Part shown: piece by piece, positions 13,702-28,157 of the stretch
How the letters are laid out: every line of letters begins with the position of its first letter
How positions within the stretch are numbered: position 1 is the stretch's first letter
NCBI RefSeq assembly: GCF_006345805.1
Contig: NW_021836144.1
Coordinates: 113,822 to 177,821, forward strand
Direction of reading: 5' to 3'
Source of the DNA: Octopus sinensis
Lineage: Eukaryota
DNA: 64,000 nucleotides
The notes under the pieces: generated by a model
Told to the model about the DNA's origin: nothing
Seen by the model: only the letters and a program-made list of their open reading frames with translations
Database searches by the model: none
Made by a program: the position numbers and the translations under genes

Positions 13702-14259
13702 ATAGGCATGCAAATGTTTGCATATGCATCACTATAAACTCTCATCGCATGTGCATGGAATTTTTCAAGGTAAATATTTATTTATATATACTTGCATCAT
13801 AATGTCTGTCTGTTTGTGTGCGATATATCAATGTGAGTGTTTTGTTTTCTAAAAAATCAAATGCAATGGTCTTGGCATATTATCCACATGGCCAATGAGT
13901 GTACCACTAAGTAATTGTTTTATGGAGAGCTTATTCAGGAGAAAAGGAAACAGTGTAAAACAAAGAAAAGGTTATTGAAGGAGAACTTGGAGAGTTTATC
14001 AAAAAACCTGTAAATCTCACAGTGGGTTGCATTCCAGTGTTAAGAAATATGGGATGGAGTAAAAAAGTTTGAGGAAAGATTAATACAGGAGGTCTAAAGA
14101 AACTTTTCAAGGTTCCTCAAGATCAGACACCACAGGCAGTTCAAGTTGGGCCAAAACTAGTATACAACTTGTGTGGATGTTTTTTTAAAAGTATCTGCAC
14201 AAAGGTAGTGAAGTTTTGTGTTGAGCAGACAACCATCAGTTATCTGTCCGACTCTCTCG

Positions 14260-14302
<43 letters not shown>

Positions 14303-17271
14303 GGCACACCCAATTATTTATATATATATATAGCTTTCACCACCTACATCTATTATAAACACACAAAAAAGACAATGTCTGCAGCTACATATGTTATATG
14401 TTAACTAATGTTGTGTGTGTGTGTGTGTAGGGTGTGGAGATTTTATGGTTCAGGTCAAGGATGAAAGGGGCAAATTGTTCATGAACCCGACAACTCTTCA
14501 ACTAACTGTAACCACAGTACTTCTTCTCACCTAACTCCTTTAGCTTTTCATTTCATTTCCATTCTCACAACAAGTTTTGCTTTCAACAAACAGTAGTCTT
14601 TTTCTGGCCTTATTCTCTTTACTACATATTTGTTTTGGATATTTGTTGATCACAATTGCAGTTGGATTTACCTACACCACCCCTCACACAGTAGTCAGAG
14701 CTACTGTGATTTTAGGACTTATTTATTCCCTAATATTTCTCTTCAACAATTTTTATCTATACATATTGTACTACATATATTTAGAAAGTGTTATTTTAAT
14801 ACATAAAAGTACTTGTGTTGCTTGTTTTTGTTGTAGCAGTTGTTGCCCTTTTTTTCTAAATTATTAGAACACATTATCACTTTACAACATAGAATCAATG
14901 GGAATATTAACTTCACATTATGGTAAAAGTTTCAATAACACATTACTACTGTCAGGCAGGTTTGTCTTCTGTATGTATGTGTGTGTACAGACACACCACA
15001 GACTAATACAAATCATTAACCTTATAGCTTGATACCATAAACTTCATGCAAATATATTCACAGCAGTTCAATCAGAGTTTGAATAACTGTAAATATATTT
15101 GAATGATACCTATGATATAGGACTGCTGATTTCTACTGAAAGGATACTTATCCACCCATACTGTGTTGTGCATTATTTATTCCAGTTGGGTTTACACTAC
15201 TCCATCCACATACGAACACATACACACACTCACACAGGCATCACAAATCTTTTTAAACTATTACGTAATTCATTTTAGTATACAATAATATGCCAGCATA
15301 TACTTTATTTTAGTCAAGGCCAATTCATTATGCTAAGAGTATTATGCTTGCAACTAACCAAATTTAGTTGATCTGAATTTTAGCAAAAGAAAGCATTACA
15401 GGATAAGTTTAAAACTTTTAATTTTAATTTTATTAGTGAAAGTGATTCATATGATTCATATATCAATAACGAGATCTATATAGAAAGGAAGAAATCAAAA
15501 GAAGATGAAAATTGAAAGGTGTTCAGATATTAAGATATATAATGTTAAAATGAAACTTTGTGTGAACACCATTTTGTAGGAATACAATCAATTAATGTTA
15601 CATTAAAGAGGACATTTCCCTAGTATCTATCTTCTCAAGTGATGTGCTTAGAGGCTTTGGTGATCATGACTCTCAATGCCAAAGTCTATAGAGCCAGAAT
15701 TTTGTGTCAAAAAGATACAACCACAGTTTCCCATTCTTCTGCCAGTTCAATTATACTTTTCTGCATCACAGATTTTATTCTGGGGGTACAGGACTGATTA
15801 TTTAACTCTTATGTAGGGTAACTGATTCACATGACACCTGGGTATGTCCACACATGTGCGATTGAGTGACACATGTCTAAGAGCTGGTTCCCCTTCATGA
15901 CCTGGATGTCTTAGCAACAGGATATTCTTCTGGTACTTAACCCATAACTGAAGCCCTTGAACACTACTGTCACTTGTGGCTAGAGTGGACCTGGGAGTGA
16001 TGATGACAAAACAGTATTTCCATACACCCAAAAACTCTCAAGTTGGAAAATCATCAGCGGGTGTACTTTAACACCATCCCCATTAATAGTAATAAAAGAA
16101 AATAGTGTGATAAAACGAGGAACAGTTGACATCAAATGAATATACATTAGTAATTAAAAGAAACTAAGAAGAAAGATATTGGTACCTGTCAAGAACAAAT
16201 GCGGTCAGTATAAACATCAGGTGAAAATGATAGACAGTAAATAATATATGTGAATAGATATTCTTTCCGTAAGCTACAACTTTTATTCCAATATGTTAAC
16301 CTAACAAGAAAAAGTGGGCCTATGAATTCCATGGGTACAAACTGCTTAGTAGGAAGATATAACTGAATAGACATCACAATGCTGGATGAAAAATATGAGC
16401 ATTATGAAATGTCATACAGAAAGCTAAATTATTGAAAAGACAATATGGTTAACATGAAAATTTTTAAGCAGATGTAAAAGTACAAGGGTGCTTGAGTGTT
16501 AAGTTGTACAATTTTGAAACAAAATTCTATTCTATGTATTAGACAAAAAGAAATTTGCATAGTGAGTATTCCATTTGCTTGACTATAACTATTCAACAAT
16601 TCTATCAACTTATTCTACTTTGTGCTAGAATGGAAATGCCATTCAGAATTGCAGCTTAAGCTCCCAAAGTATATGACAAATGTCCAAAATTTACAATATA
16701 TATATATATATATACTGAATGTGTGTCATTGCAAAGAAGGAAAAGTAACAAAAGGAAAACTAAAAACAAATAAAAAATGATTGATTTAATGGTATCGTTA
16801 ATTTAATGTAGGTAAATAAGCAATCTATTTTAGAATGCAAAGATTGGCAGAAGCATTAGCAATAGCAGCAGCAGCAGTGAAGACTTGGGTATAAATTCGG
16901 AAAAAATAAAAGTAAAGATGGCTAGGAGTTATAGGCGACAGATGTCAAGATCGGTAGCTGTTCTGTTATGAATAGCCAATATCTATTGGTTGCAAAGGAT
17001 TAGAGAGAGATAAAACAAAGAACTTGAAGTATTCAGAGGAATGGAATACATTTTAGAAAGATTTCTATACACAGATCTCTAAATATTGTCACAAAGATTT
17101 TGCCAATATATTCAGATTACTTTCTGTTAGTTGTAATATCAGATCAATAGTTTTGCTAGATCACAGTTCAGTTCTTCATTTGCCATCTTCTTTCCTATTT
17201 TCTGGTTATAGAATAGAATAAGTATTCATCATAAAACTAAGAGACACAACAGCTGAATACATTTACAATAA

Positions 17272-17415
17272 AATACACACACATGTACACACACATTTGT
17301 GCACATGTATATACATGTATATATACATACATATAAAAAAATATATACATAAATAAATATGCATATATATGCATATGTGTATATATATATACACACACAC
17401 ATATATACATACATA

Positions 17416-17447
<32 letters not shown>

Positions 17448-17473
17448 CATACATATGCACATACATATGCATA

Positions 17474-17508
<35 letters not shown>

Positions 17509-17572
17509 TATATATATATATATATTATATATATATATATATATATACATACATATGCATATATATATATAT
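17272..17572. repeat. About 300-bp compound TA/TACA/TGCA microsatellite
   Basis: Continuous alternating purine-pyrimidine low-complexity tract; it is the source of six spurious ORFs in the track. Confidence 0.95.
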
Positions 17573-17913
17573 AAAACTCCCTTCTGTTACTTTGAAAACA
17601 CAACTAGCACAAAGTTTCTACATGGTATCTCAACATGCAGGAAATAGTAGCCAAAATTCAAGTAACATCCTACCACTTTTAACAAAAATAATGAACATTA
17701 GATAATGTAGTCCAGGGTACACTATACTAACAAAAGAAAATGATAATGAGGTGGTCTGTTGGATCAAGCATGAGTTGAGAGTAGTACTAAATAACAATAG
17801 CAACAACTATGAAATTGAAATATGTAATTTCTTGAGCCATAAAAATCATCATCCTCATTGTCATTATCTGGTTGAACTTGCTCAAATCCACATACCCTTG
17901 AACTTCCACCTAC

Positions 17914-17971
17914 CTCTATTCTCTACCACATGTGGCAGTTTCTCTTGGAGGCATCCAGTGTCATTTGCTAA
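17914..17971 (-). CDS. Candidate 58-nt coding exon (LANDTGCLQEKLPHVVENR)
   Basis: Acceptor tgtgtttgtcag, donor GAG|gtaggt, only frame 0 open. No homologue recognised. Confidence 0.3.
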
Positions 17972-18316
17972 CTGACAAACACATGTGTTTGTAGGGTAAT
18001 TAGCCTGATTATGATTATGAGGAGGTATCAGACTACCAGTAGCCATGTGTTAACGCTATAGTACACAAAAATGTAGCAGCAGCCAACTCTTGTAGTACAG
18101 TTGTTAGCATTCAATCTGTGACGACTCCCAGCATAGATTCCTCTGTATGACATCTGCAGTGTGTATTGTTCACCATGGCTTCAGAAGTACTCAAGCATTA
18201 TAGTGAAACTTGGTATACATAAACTGAGTGGGGATCGACAGATAGACAATGTCCTCCTTCCCACAAAATCTAGGTCTTATGTCTTTTGTAGAAAAGATTA
18301 TTATTGCCATTATTAC

Positions 18317-18530
18317 TGGTGGTGAGCTGGCAGAGTTGTTACCATGCCAGACAAAATGCTTAGTGGCATTTCTTCTGGCTTTACGATCTGAGTTCAAATT
18401 CTGCCAAGGTTGACTTTGCCTTACATCTTTTGGGGTTGATTAAACAAGTAATGGTTGAGCACTCAGTCTGAAGTAATTGACTAGCCCCTCCAACATTTCA
18501 AACCTTTCTGTCAAAATTAGAAAGAATTAC
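18317..18530 (+). mobile_element. Degraded copy of the 6917-family tRNA SINE
   Basis: ggtgagctggcagagttgtta...ctgagttcaaattctgccaaggttgactttgccttacatcttttggggttgat aligns with the reverse complement of 6917-7144. Confidence 0.75.
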
Positions 18531-19589
18531 TTCTCTTATTAAGTAGAATATATTTAAATCAAAGAGGAAAATAGATGGTTATTACATTTCTTTCCAAGTA
18601 TTCTTTTTAATATCTAATTTTAAAAACATAATTTATTGTTAAATGAAACTTTCTTGAACATTATGAAAATATAATATCAGCTAAGTTCTATTTTTAATAA
18701 CTTATGCTATATAGATTAATATTTCACTTTACTTTATATTTTCAAGAAAACTTATATTCATTAAAATATTACTTCAAAATGTCTATATTTTCTTTTACAG
18801 ATATTAAATTATTAATGTTTAGCATTATTCAAATATCCCTCAGATGACCAATCACCAACATAAAATTGATGTGATGATGATGATGATGACTAAATAATAT
18901 ACATTAAGTAATTTACAGAAGTTATATATTAAATGATAGCTGTTTACTTATGAAATTTCCTCATGTTTTTGGCATTTTAAATCAAAATGTTTAAATTGCA
19001 TCAAATTGCAATTAACGACTTTATTGCTTCTAGTAAAATTTACTAAAATTTTCCACATGAATCACAAATTTTACATTTTAAATTTGAAAGAAATGGTGCT
19101 CAGTAAAGGAAATTAAACTAGAAAATGTTTTCGCAATTATCATTTTAATACTGAAATAAAATTTACATAGTTTTGTACATTTAATTATTTAATTTGCAAT
19201 ATAGAAGTCAATATTTTCATTTCTTCCTGGAAGTGTAACTATCAGCTAAAATATTTAAGAAGAGAACTATGCAATTAGCCAACAATAAAATGACACTTTT
19301 TTAAAAAATTCATTTGGTTTTATATTTTCAACTGTATTGAAAGTACAATATTTAGAATGTGTGCCAGTGCCCAGTAATTTCATTATCTGTATATTGTATT
19401 TATTTGTAAATCCTGAAATTTTGGTTGTGTGATGTCTGAGGTTTTTTTTTTCTTTTTGTTAACTTTAAAGCAGATTTTATGAAGTGTTTCCATGTTTCCA
19501 TTTACAGGTCCCTACACATGAGATATCTTTATATTTTTGTAAGAATGGATTCTTCATTCTGGAGGCCTATCTTTATTTGGTTGTCTTTG

Positions 19590-19960
19590 ACAATTTCTAG
19601 TTGATTAAACATCATTGCTCTGTTTCTGAGTATTGGAAAACACCTAAGTATAGTTGCGTTGTCATTCTCTGAAACCTTCTCTATCTTCCAGTATATGTAT
19701 GCCCTAACTCTGTCATGTCCTAGATATATTCTTTCTTAGCAAAGAAAAGAAACAATCGAGTTATTTCTTTTCCATATCCACATAATCTTGCACTTTCTGT
19801 ATTTTACTTCATTACGTGGCTTTTTAGTGATAATCCTGTGCAACAATCTTAGTTTAGAGTCCTGTACTTCTCAGGACACTAAGCTTATTTCCATTGTCTA
19901 CTTCCATTCTCTTCATTTTTTTTCCAGGTATTTGGCTATGTACAGACTTTGGTGCAACTG
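19590..19960 (-). mobile_element. Decayed R4/Dong-type LINE fragment (region after the zinc knuckle)
   Basis: The minus strand, with frameshifts, gives AKKEYI-RHDRVRAYIYWKI-EKVSENDNATIL, homologous to the copy at 47540-47700. Confidence 0.55.
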
Positions 19961-20339
19961 TTTTATTATTTTGGCATTTATAGCCATAATAAAACAAATA
20001 TAGCTAACATCATGTCAGCTTTTGTTGCACATTGATGACTTGCTTGAAAACAGAAGTAAAATTATTATTATTATTTTTTTTTGTTCATACGTTGTGGTTA
20101 TTTGTATGTCTTCCATTAATCTTTACTAGGTATTTTTGTAACATTTTAGTGGATAATTCATACCATTTGCATAAGCTCCCCCCCCCCAAGCTCCATGTAT
20201 TCACAATAAATATAATCTTTCTTGTGTCAGATTTTGTATGGTGCATTATAAAGGCGGACATTCTTTTTCTTGTTCCTAGTTGAGCTTGGCTAATTTATTT
20301 AACTATAATTATTTACTGTAACAGCTAGAGTGCTGATGT

Positions 20340-20620
20340 CATATATACATACATGGTACCTGTCTGCTCCTTGCAGAGCTTCACCTCTTCTTGTACCAAT
20401 AATTGCTCATCTCTTACATGAGATCTTAAATGACTTTTGAGCCCTGAAAGGCATTCAAAGAGCTAATCACGTATACTGTAGAAATTCTGCATTTCAGCAT
20501 GGGCTCCATTTCCACTTGTCTATTATGAATGTTTAAAAGCTTCTCCAATCTCCCACATGACTTGTAGGTTTTCTGAGATATTGCATTGAAACTAGTCACC
20601 CAGAATGAAATTCCACTAGT
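20340..20620 (-). mobile_element. Probable decayed RTE-like LINE C-terminus
   Basis: The minus-strand frame ends ...LFECLSGLKSHLRSH, like the terminal zinc-finger-like motif of RTE ORFs, and contains several stops. Confidence 0.35.
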
Positions 20621-20679
20621 TCATGTATGCCTTACCTGCTTGGTCACACTGATGTAATATCATACCAGCATGAGATATG

Positions 20680-20716
<37 letters not shown>

Positions 20717-20899
20717 TGTTTACTGTCAGAATAAAATAACTCAGTAACATAGTAGATATTAATAATAATACTTATGATGTAACTTGTCTGAAGACAATGC
20801 ACATATCAAGACAAAACTCTGAGTCCAACCTGACCAATAATATATATATATATATATATATATTGATTCTTTTGTAAGCACTAAATGATTCATTGACTC

Positions 20900-21560
20900 C
20901 TAAATATTTGTATGTCTGTGAACTCTTATGCAGGTTATAGGTCTGTATATTTTATTGCTTCTTTAACCATGGTAATGAGAAGGAGTTTTCCAAGGTGATC
21001 CAGTCATGTATTGTCTCCAGCTCCATCAGTTTCTCATTAAGAACCTCAGCTAGCAAAATATTTGAATATTTTAACCAGAAGTGTAGAATCTTATCATGTC
21101 CTGGTGCCTTCCTGCTGTTTATTTTTTGCAGTATCTGAGCTACTTCCGTTGCTATGGTCTCCTATGATTGCTCAGATGCTGTGTTCATTGTTTTGAACAA
21201 TTTCATCCGTGATTATTTCTTCACTGCACATACTCCTCCCCAGAATACTTCTACTTCACTTGATGTTCGTGTTCCACTGATTTGTTTTATTTTTACCAAG
21301 TTCTTAATAAAATTGTTTTAAGTTTGAGCTGAAATGTTTGTTTTGTTCAAAGAACTGTGGTAATTTTTCATACCAATGGATTCTTTACAAGTTAACAAGG
21401 ATCTCTTATTTCAAGTGTTCTTTGATTTTAGGTACTTTTTTTTTGTTATGTTTGTGTTTCTGCAGTATTTGCCTCTTTTTCCCATTTTTTTTAACTTGTG
21501 TCATTCTGTTGTTCATTTCATTAAGGATTGAGAAATCTTTTTTGACTTGCTTACTTTTTC
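20900..21560 (-). mobile_element. Decayed LINE RT N-terminal fragment (R4/Dong-like)
   Basis: The minus strand gives KINSRKAPGHDKILHFWLKY...DWITLGKLLLI, matching the RT domain-0 pattern KAPGxD. Confidence 0.55.
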
Positions 21561-23069
21561 TGTATATTTGTTTTCCATGTTTGCTTGGGTTATAATATTC
21601 TAAACAATTATCATCATCATCATTATCATCATGCTTTCAAAAGTTTACGCAAGTTTCTACTAAACTACTAGACACACCTTTGTGTTTCTGAGGTGTGTGC
21701 AGAATTGTCTTTTGAGAATGTAAAATTATGTTTGTAAACGAAGTACAGTTTGCTTTGTTGTAGGATTTAGTTTGTTATTTCAGGTATTATCATAGTGTTT
21801 CATCTATTGTGCAGAGCATGTGCAACGTGAGTCATGTTGTTTTGTTTGTTGGTGTTTGTGTTTCACATGTACTGTGTGATTGGTGTTATTTTAGCAGCTG
21901 ACAGTAACAGTGTTGTGTTGTGTGAGTCGATGCTGTCCAAATATCACAGAAAGAAGCTTGATTTTGGATTGGAACTGGTTCTTTCACTGTCGATGAAATT
22001 TTCAAAAATAAAACCAGTAAAACATATATGCTTGATTTAAGTGAAAAAGAGCTTAAAGAAATCTCAAAGAAAAACAAACAAGTGTGCATGCATGGTTCTT
22101 GATAGCTTGCTTGTTTTTGTTTGAGATTCATCTGAGATCTTTTTGCAGAATTCAAACATGCATGTTCTTCAGGTTTATTTTTAAAATTTTACCTGTAGAG
22201 GAACAGCAATGCATGCATGCATAAATAAATAAATAGATGCACATGCATTCATACATATATTCACACATATGCAACAGCATACATTCTTAGATAAACACTA
22301 TTCACAAGGCTATCCACTAGAAAAACCGTTCTGAGAGTCATACAAAAGATACATTAGAGCCAGAATGCATTCACACATTTAAAAATAAGGAATGCTTGTA
22401 AAATATTCCAGTAAAAACATCGATCTTGTGCAAACATGCCGGACCTGATCTTGTTCTATGCGACAAGAAATAAAATCATGCAATGCTGCAAAGTTCAGCT
22501 GCCCAGCAAAAGTAAATATAAGTTGTGGAAAAAAAAATCTCTGGCAATCCACTATGGAACTTATAGTTCTTGTACTTTGGTCACAAATTCTCATTTATAC
22601 CTATTGCCAGCATTGCAGTAGGTTGTGTAACAACAGATTTGCATTAAAGCCAGGAAATGCCAGTGCTTTCCAAGAAGAAAGTAAACTGATTTGCATTCTC
22701 TAAATTCAGTTAATTAGTGGTACAGTGAAGATTTGTAAAGAATTCAAGACATTTTTTTTTTAGTTCCATGCAATGAATATATGCACACAATCACATGTGC
22801 ATCTGATATATACACATACATGAAATCAAATGTACATTGACATACATATGTATTAAGGCAATATACACCTGTTACATGATCACAGGTATATCTGGACATA
22901 GATGTATGGTCATACAAACAGAAATATTCCAAAATTTCTGGAAATACCTTGACTACAACATAAGAAACTTATAATTCAGATACTAACTGGCATAAAATCT
23001 GCAATGAAGATCTACAATGTCAAAGAAAATCCTTCATGCATGCATGCAAACTTTAATCTTGGAGATTTA

Positions 23070-23390
23070 ATCTTTAGGTTCTTATCAGATTTGAAGCTGG
23101 TCACTAGCAATATGAAGAGATGCTGATACAATAAAAATTCTACTTGTATCGACATGTCTTAAGAATGCAAGAAACCAACATGCCAAAACTAAGATGCGAC
23201 TCCTAGTTATGTAGTTGCAAAAGAAATCAGGGTTTAACCAACAGAGGTGCAATGCCATAGATTAGCATCAAATAAAGAGTTTGGATATTCACTCCTACAG
23301 CTGGGACACAAGAAGCTGAGGTCAAAAATTAGAGATGGAGATTGATCACATCTTGCACGACTACGATCATAATAATCTTCCTCTAAGTGA
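23070..23390 (+). mobile_element. Highly decayed RTE LINE 3' fragment
   Basis: YRHVLRMQETNMPKLRCDS*LCSCKRNQG resembles the RTE pattern GHVxRM...GKRxxGRP. Confidence 0.4.
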
Positions 23391-24554
23391 TATGTTTACA
23401 CTTTCAACAACTGTTTTCGGAGGTATAATCAATAAACAATGGATGGCAGAGCTGACCTTCCTGAGATTTTAAATCAAAAACTTAAATGACAATAAGTATG
23501 TACTATCGTGTATTTTGTCAAAAAAACCCAACAATTTTAGTTGTTCACGACCTTCACTTTCAAGAATGGAAGTGCAAAAGAAAAAGTTCATTTTATAAAT
23601 TTTGTTGTAACATTATATAAAATGTTTGTAGCTCATAATAAGTTTTAATTCAAACTAATCTCTAAGTAAGGATTTTTAAACAATGTTTTAAAATTTCCTG
23701 TTTGATAATATTCTACAGATATTCATTACCCATTAAATAATTTCCTGAAAGCATCAAGACAAGTTTTCCCCATAAAGCGAGATATATTATAACCAATGTT
23801 TATACCAGTTATTAGCAATAAGTTATTGACATATTAGCATATGTCATTATAGGTCATATTCTCAGGAAAGTAATTACTCTTGTGGATACTGCTTCTAACA
23901 TATTTTTCACCAAAACTAAATAAAGAGTAACAATTTGGTGGAGGCTTAACTGTTTTAATAAGTTCATATTGCAAGAATATGGTTCTGGATTGAACCCCAC
24001 AGCATAGGTCTTTGGATTGCTATAGGCCTGGACTGACCTATGAATTCAAGGCAGAAACTGCACAAAGCCCAACATAAGAGGGAGAGAGAGAGAGAGAGAG
24101 AGAACAAGTCTGAGACTATGTGACTGCTTCTTTTCTAAAATTGCATAAACATTTTTTTTTTAAATCGCTGGATTGACATCAGTGTTCTCGGTTGTCATTT
24201 CCTCATCAACAAATCCTGCAGTAGCTCTGCTTTTGCTCATGAATAGAATAAAAATTCCCTTATTTCAAAATAGGTAAGGGTTAGGAGCAGGAAAGACATC
24301 CATCTGTAAAACAATGCACCAACAATATGCTCACTCAACCCATGCTATCATAGTAAAATCAATGTAAAATAAGTGAACAAATGAATTTACTCTAAACAAT
24401 TTCTATTTTCAAATTTATCAATCAGTTGTATGATATAAATAGATTATATATGTGAGTTAGCTATTTCCATTACAGGTCAATCACACTCTATTATGTATAA
24501 TTTAACTGAAGATACATTTGTATCTAATATGATGTATGAGACTTTTTATATTGG

Positions 24555-24985
24555 TTTCTTAGTTGTACATCATTTGTACGATGTGGAAAATATACCGCCA
24601 ACTTTGCCCAAACGACCTAAACATTAGCTTCAAGGTTCATCCAAGACTTGGACCACGGGCTATACGTCCCCTGCCCAATTCAAGATCCCAACATACATGT
24701 ACACTGCAACATAATTTCTTTTCCTCAACAGGCCCTGCCCTATTTAACATTGTCCCGAGAGAGATCAAAGAGGAAAAGGATCCCATCAACTTTAAACAGA
24801 GTCTGGATAGATTCCTTCAAAGAATACCAGATAAGCCACCCATAATTGGATACAACTCACCCAACAAGATCTCACTACTTGAACAAAACTTGACTTAAAC
24901 AGGATTCGAATAATCCTATCAGGTGGTGCTATTAAGTTAGACATGGCCTGGACCAATCTTTGGTCGAAACATATCTAAGTTTATA
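24555..24985 (+). mobile_element. 3' end of a CR1/L2/Jockey-group LINE
   Basis: The ORF PRLGPRAIRP...FFSSTGPALFNIVPREIK...FKQSLDRFLQRIPDKP is a typical LINE C-terminus (P.LFN.LP...FK..LD). It is followed by a short 3' UTR with two stem-loops. Confidence 0.7.
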
Positions 24986-25356
24986 CATTTTTTTAAAAAG
25001 TTGTAAAATGTGTGTTATGAAAGGTGAGGGAATAAAACTCAGCTTAAATGGGGCTAGATCCATCAGCTGAAATCATTCAAAACAACTGCACTATAAGTAA
25101 CATGAGGCAACAGTTTCAGGCATATTTCAGACAGAGGATTACAGCATGGTATTGACTTTGATTATCAGCATTAATAGCTTATTCTAACAGTGATGCTTCC
25201 TCCTATTGTATTTGAAAAGTTCTGGGCTTTTACTGCTGAGCATATTTGCAAAGTATTTTGTTATTGCTGAGCATAATGAGAAGCATTTTGCTTGATTTGA
25301 CACTTCAAAGAGTAGTGTTTGCATTTATATCATGTTAACCATCTTGATAATCATGT

Positions 25357-25398
<42 letters not shown>

Positions 25399-26581
25399 GT
25401 TTAGTCTCTCCACTATTAATTAATATCCAAATATGTTTTGGAAAATACTGTAATATTCTCTAGGTATCAGTAATGAAATGGATATTACTGGTGCAGACAA
25501 ATTTTATAGCACTCAAAATGAATTATTTCAGGAGATTTCCATTAGCAAATTCTATTACCAGATTTGTTTGTTGAATCTATAGATTTATAGTATGTAGAGG
25601 AAATGTAACTTAAAGGAATTTAGATGTCAAACAAACCTTAGACAAAATATAATTAAAACATATATTAATTTACAGCGATAACTATGATGAAAATGATGAT
25701 GAACTATAAACAAATTTTTTATCAGTCTAAAGCAATAGTCTTCTCCTAACAAATGCACTTATTGATAATGGAAAACCATTTATTATAAATTTAGTCTTAA
25801 GAAATGCTTCTTGTAAAACTGAAGACCTATGTTATATCACAAAATATATAAACTTGGATTCACACACAAAATTGATTATAAAATAAATGGCATTAGACTC
25901 CCATCGTATGTTGGTTCATATTCATATACTGCTAACGTTGTTGTTACTTCATTTTATTTGAAACTATAGAAGAGATACAAATTGTAGTATATAACAGTTC
26001 TAATCTATATGTTAATAGTGTACATATGATATATAATTTGTTTCCTCCTCTCCTCTTGTGTACACACATGAACTGAGCACGTACATGCTAATTTATATAT
26101 TTCTACTCTAAGAGAAAATCTTAAAATGGAAACAGTCTTTGTACATTCTTAAACCAATGACACAATATAAAGCTTGTTATGCATTAAAATATTTTAAACA
26201 CAAATTTAATCATAAAGTTAACTTGTTATTCAAGTATACTCATATCTAGAACAATAAAATAAATAATGTACAGTTCTTAGTGCAATGAATAATTATAAGA
26301 GAAATTATACTCTAAATATGATGCAAAGTCTGGTCAAAAAAATTAGAAGTTGACAGTTTTCTATGTAATATTCTCTGAAAGATCAAATGGAAACCTCAAA
26401 AAATTAATATGTTCTGTAGTTCTTCGACTTTGAAAAGCCTGTAGAATCGTATTTGCATTTTAACATAACTTTTTTTCTAATCAAATATAACATAATGTTA
26501 AATGTATGCAACAAGGAAAATACATTTGCTTTGTGTGAAGATGTTTCACAAGATCTCACCGTTTCAATTATTATATTTTAG

Positions 26582-26622
26582 AAAATATAATGCAGACATT
26601 TTTGGATAATTTGGTGGTGAAA
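26582..26622 (+). CDS. Candidate 41-nt coding exon (E)NIMQTFLDNLVVK
   Basis: Acceptor attattatattttag, donor AAA|gtaagc, only one frame open. In phase with the candidate terminal exon at 26818. Confidence 0.35.
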
Positions 26623-26817
26623 GTAAGCTATGTTCAGATCTTATTATTCTTATATGTAAACCTGTTCCTTCTTATTTATTTTCTTGTTTGCTAATTTTTA
26701 TTTTTACTCTTTAAATGACTACTGAGAGTTACAATAAATTGTCAAAGAATCTTTAGAAAATTTGTTAAAATGAAATATGAATTTGAGAATTTCTAAACAT
26801 CTCATAAATTTCTACAG

Positions 26818-26850
26818 CTGTTCAGTGAAGCTCAATTTGAGGAGGATTAA
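26818..26850 (+). CDS. Candidate terminal coding exon LFSEAQFEED*
   Basis: Acceptor ataaatttctacag. Phase 0 continues the 26582 exon across a 195-bp intron and ends in TAA. Confidence 0.3.
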   Translation: MFSEAQFEED

Positions 26851-27100
26851 AATATCTCAGCAACACTGCCTGTGAATGTGTGTGTGTGCGTGCGTGTGTG
26901 CACGTGAAAGACAGAGAAAGAAAGAGAGAGGGAGGGAAAGAGAGTGAATAAATGCATTGAAATGCCTGTGTATTTAAATGCAGATGCTGTAAGAATAAGT
27001 GTCTGACAAGACAGGAATGAATTGCTATGTGAGTGTAATGTGTGTGTATATATATATATATATATGTATGAGTATATATATATGTGTGTGTGTATGTGTG

Positions 27101-27140
<40 letters not shown>

Positions 27141-28032
27141 TAGAGATAGGTAGATAGATAGATATATAGATAGATAGATATGTGTGAGTGTTAGGGATTG
27201 TGAGTCTATGTTGGCAAATATATGCACAGAAGTAATAACACCTGTGTCCATACATGTTTGCATATATCAATCTTTTTGTGTATCCAATATGTATGTCAAT
27301 ATATATATTTGGAATTATGGCTGTTCATTGTTGGTATGTACATCAGTGTGCAGGCATTGTGTGTTATGTTGATTCAGCAAATATACTTCAGCTAGAATTT
27401 GTACAGATATATTGAAATAATAAGCATAAAGATATGGAGATAAGGAAAACCTAGTAAGGAAGCCAAGAGCAAATCAGCTGGAATTCAATTCCCATCTGGT
27501 TTGCTTCATATTCTATTTCCTTATTTTCCTAGAATTTATGAATGCCTCTATATTACACACATGTGAATATATTACACACGTTCACATGCAAGTGTGTGTG
27601 TGTGCATACAAACACACACACACAGAGGATAAAGTAAGCACACATATAAATGCAAACTTATGTGTTAACTGAAAATATACATAAACACAAAGGAATACAC
27701 AGACATAAAGAAAGTGTGAGAAGTAAATGGGATTCATATCCATACTATTTGGAACACCAGTGTATGTTATGATTCAGATCAGGTTGTTTCCATATAAAAT
27801 ATTTCATTCATAAACTTGTACATATAATGATCAGAAACCTTCATGGAAATTTCCTTTCAGCTCAAAAGTTCATAGACGAGCAAGAATAAGACAATGTCTT
27901 GACAATCATTTAGAACACAGTTAACTCCTTTCTTTGATCTAACACTACTTTTTCTACTACTGTTATATATTGCTGCTACTACTGCTACTACTGCTTTCTG
28001 CTGCTGTGATCTTGTGATGTACATTTAAGCAC

Positions 28033-28157
28033 CTATTTTGACACCATTATCTGGTCCTTCAGAATCATTAGTGTGTTCACTTTGTTGCAAATATTTAGGT
28101 AAAGTTTCTTGCCTGAGGTAACTCGCTCCCTTCTTTCTACCACCAGTTTTAGAGGTG
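28033..28157 (-). CDS. Candidate coding exon (S)TSKTGGRKKGASYLRQETLPKYLQQSEHTNDSEGPDNGVKI
   Basis: Open frame with protein-like composition, acceptor aacattttcag and donor TAG|gtgctt. An in-frame ATG also lies at 28171. Confidence 0.35.

Noticed and set aside
21926-22081. Protein-like plus frame VDAVQISQKEA*FWIGTGSFTVDEIFKNK...KQ
   Set aside because: It has an internal TGA with no acceptor after it and no evidence for selenocysteine recoding; it is flanked by decayed LINE sequence.
24945-24976. Hammerhead in the LINE 3' UTR (gaccaa-tct-ttggtc-GAAA-catatc)
   Set aside because: There is no CUGANGA before the stem; it is better explained as an ordinary LINE 3' recognition stem-loop.
27444-27515. 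Histone H2A-like peptide KPSKEAKSKSAGIQFPSGLLH
   Set aside because: Similarity is limited to about 6 of 11 residues of AGLQFPVGRIH, with no continuation on either side; likely chance.
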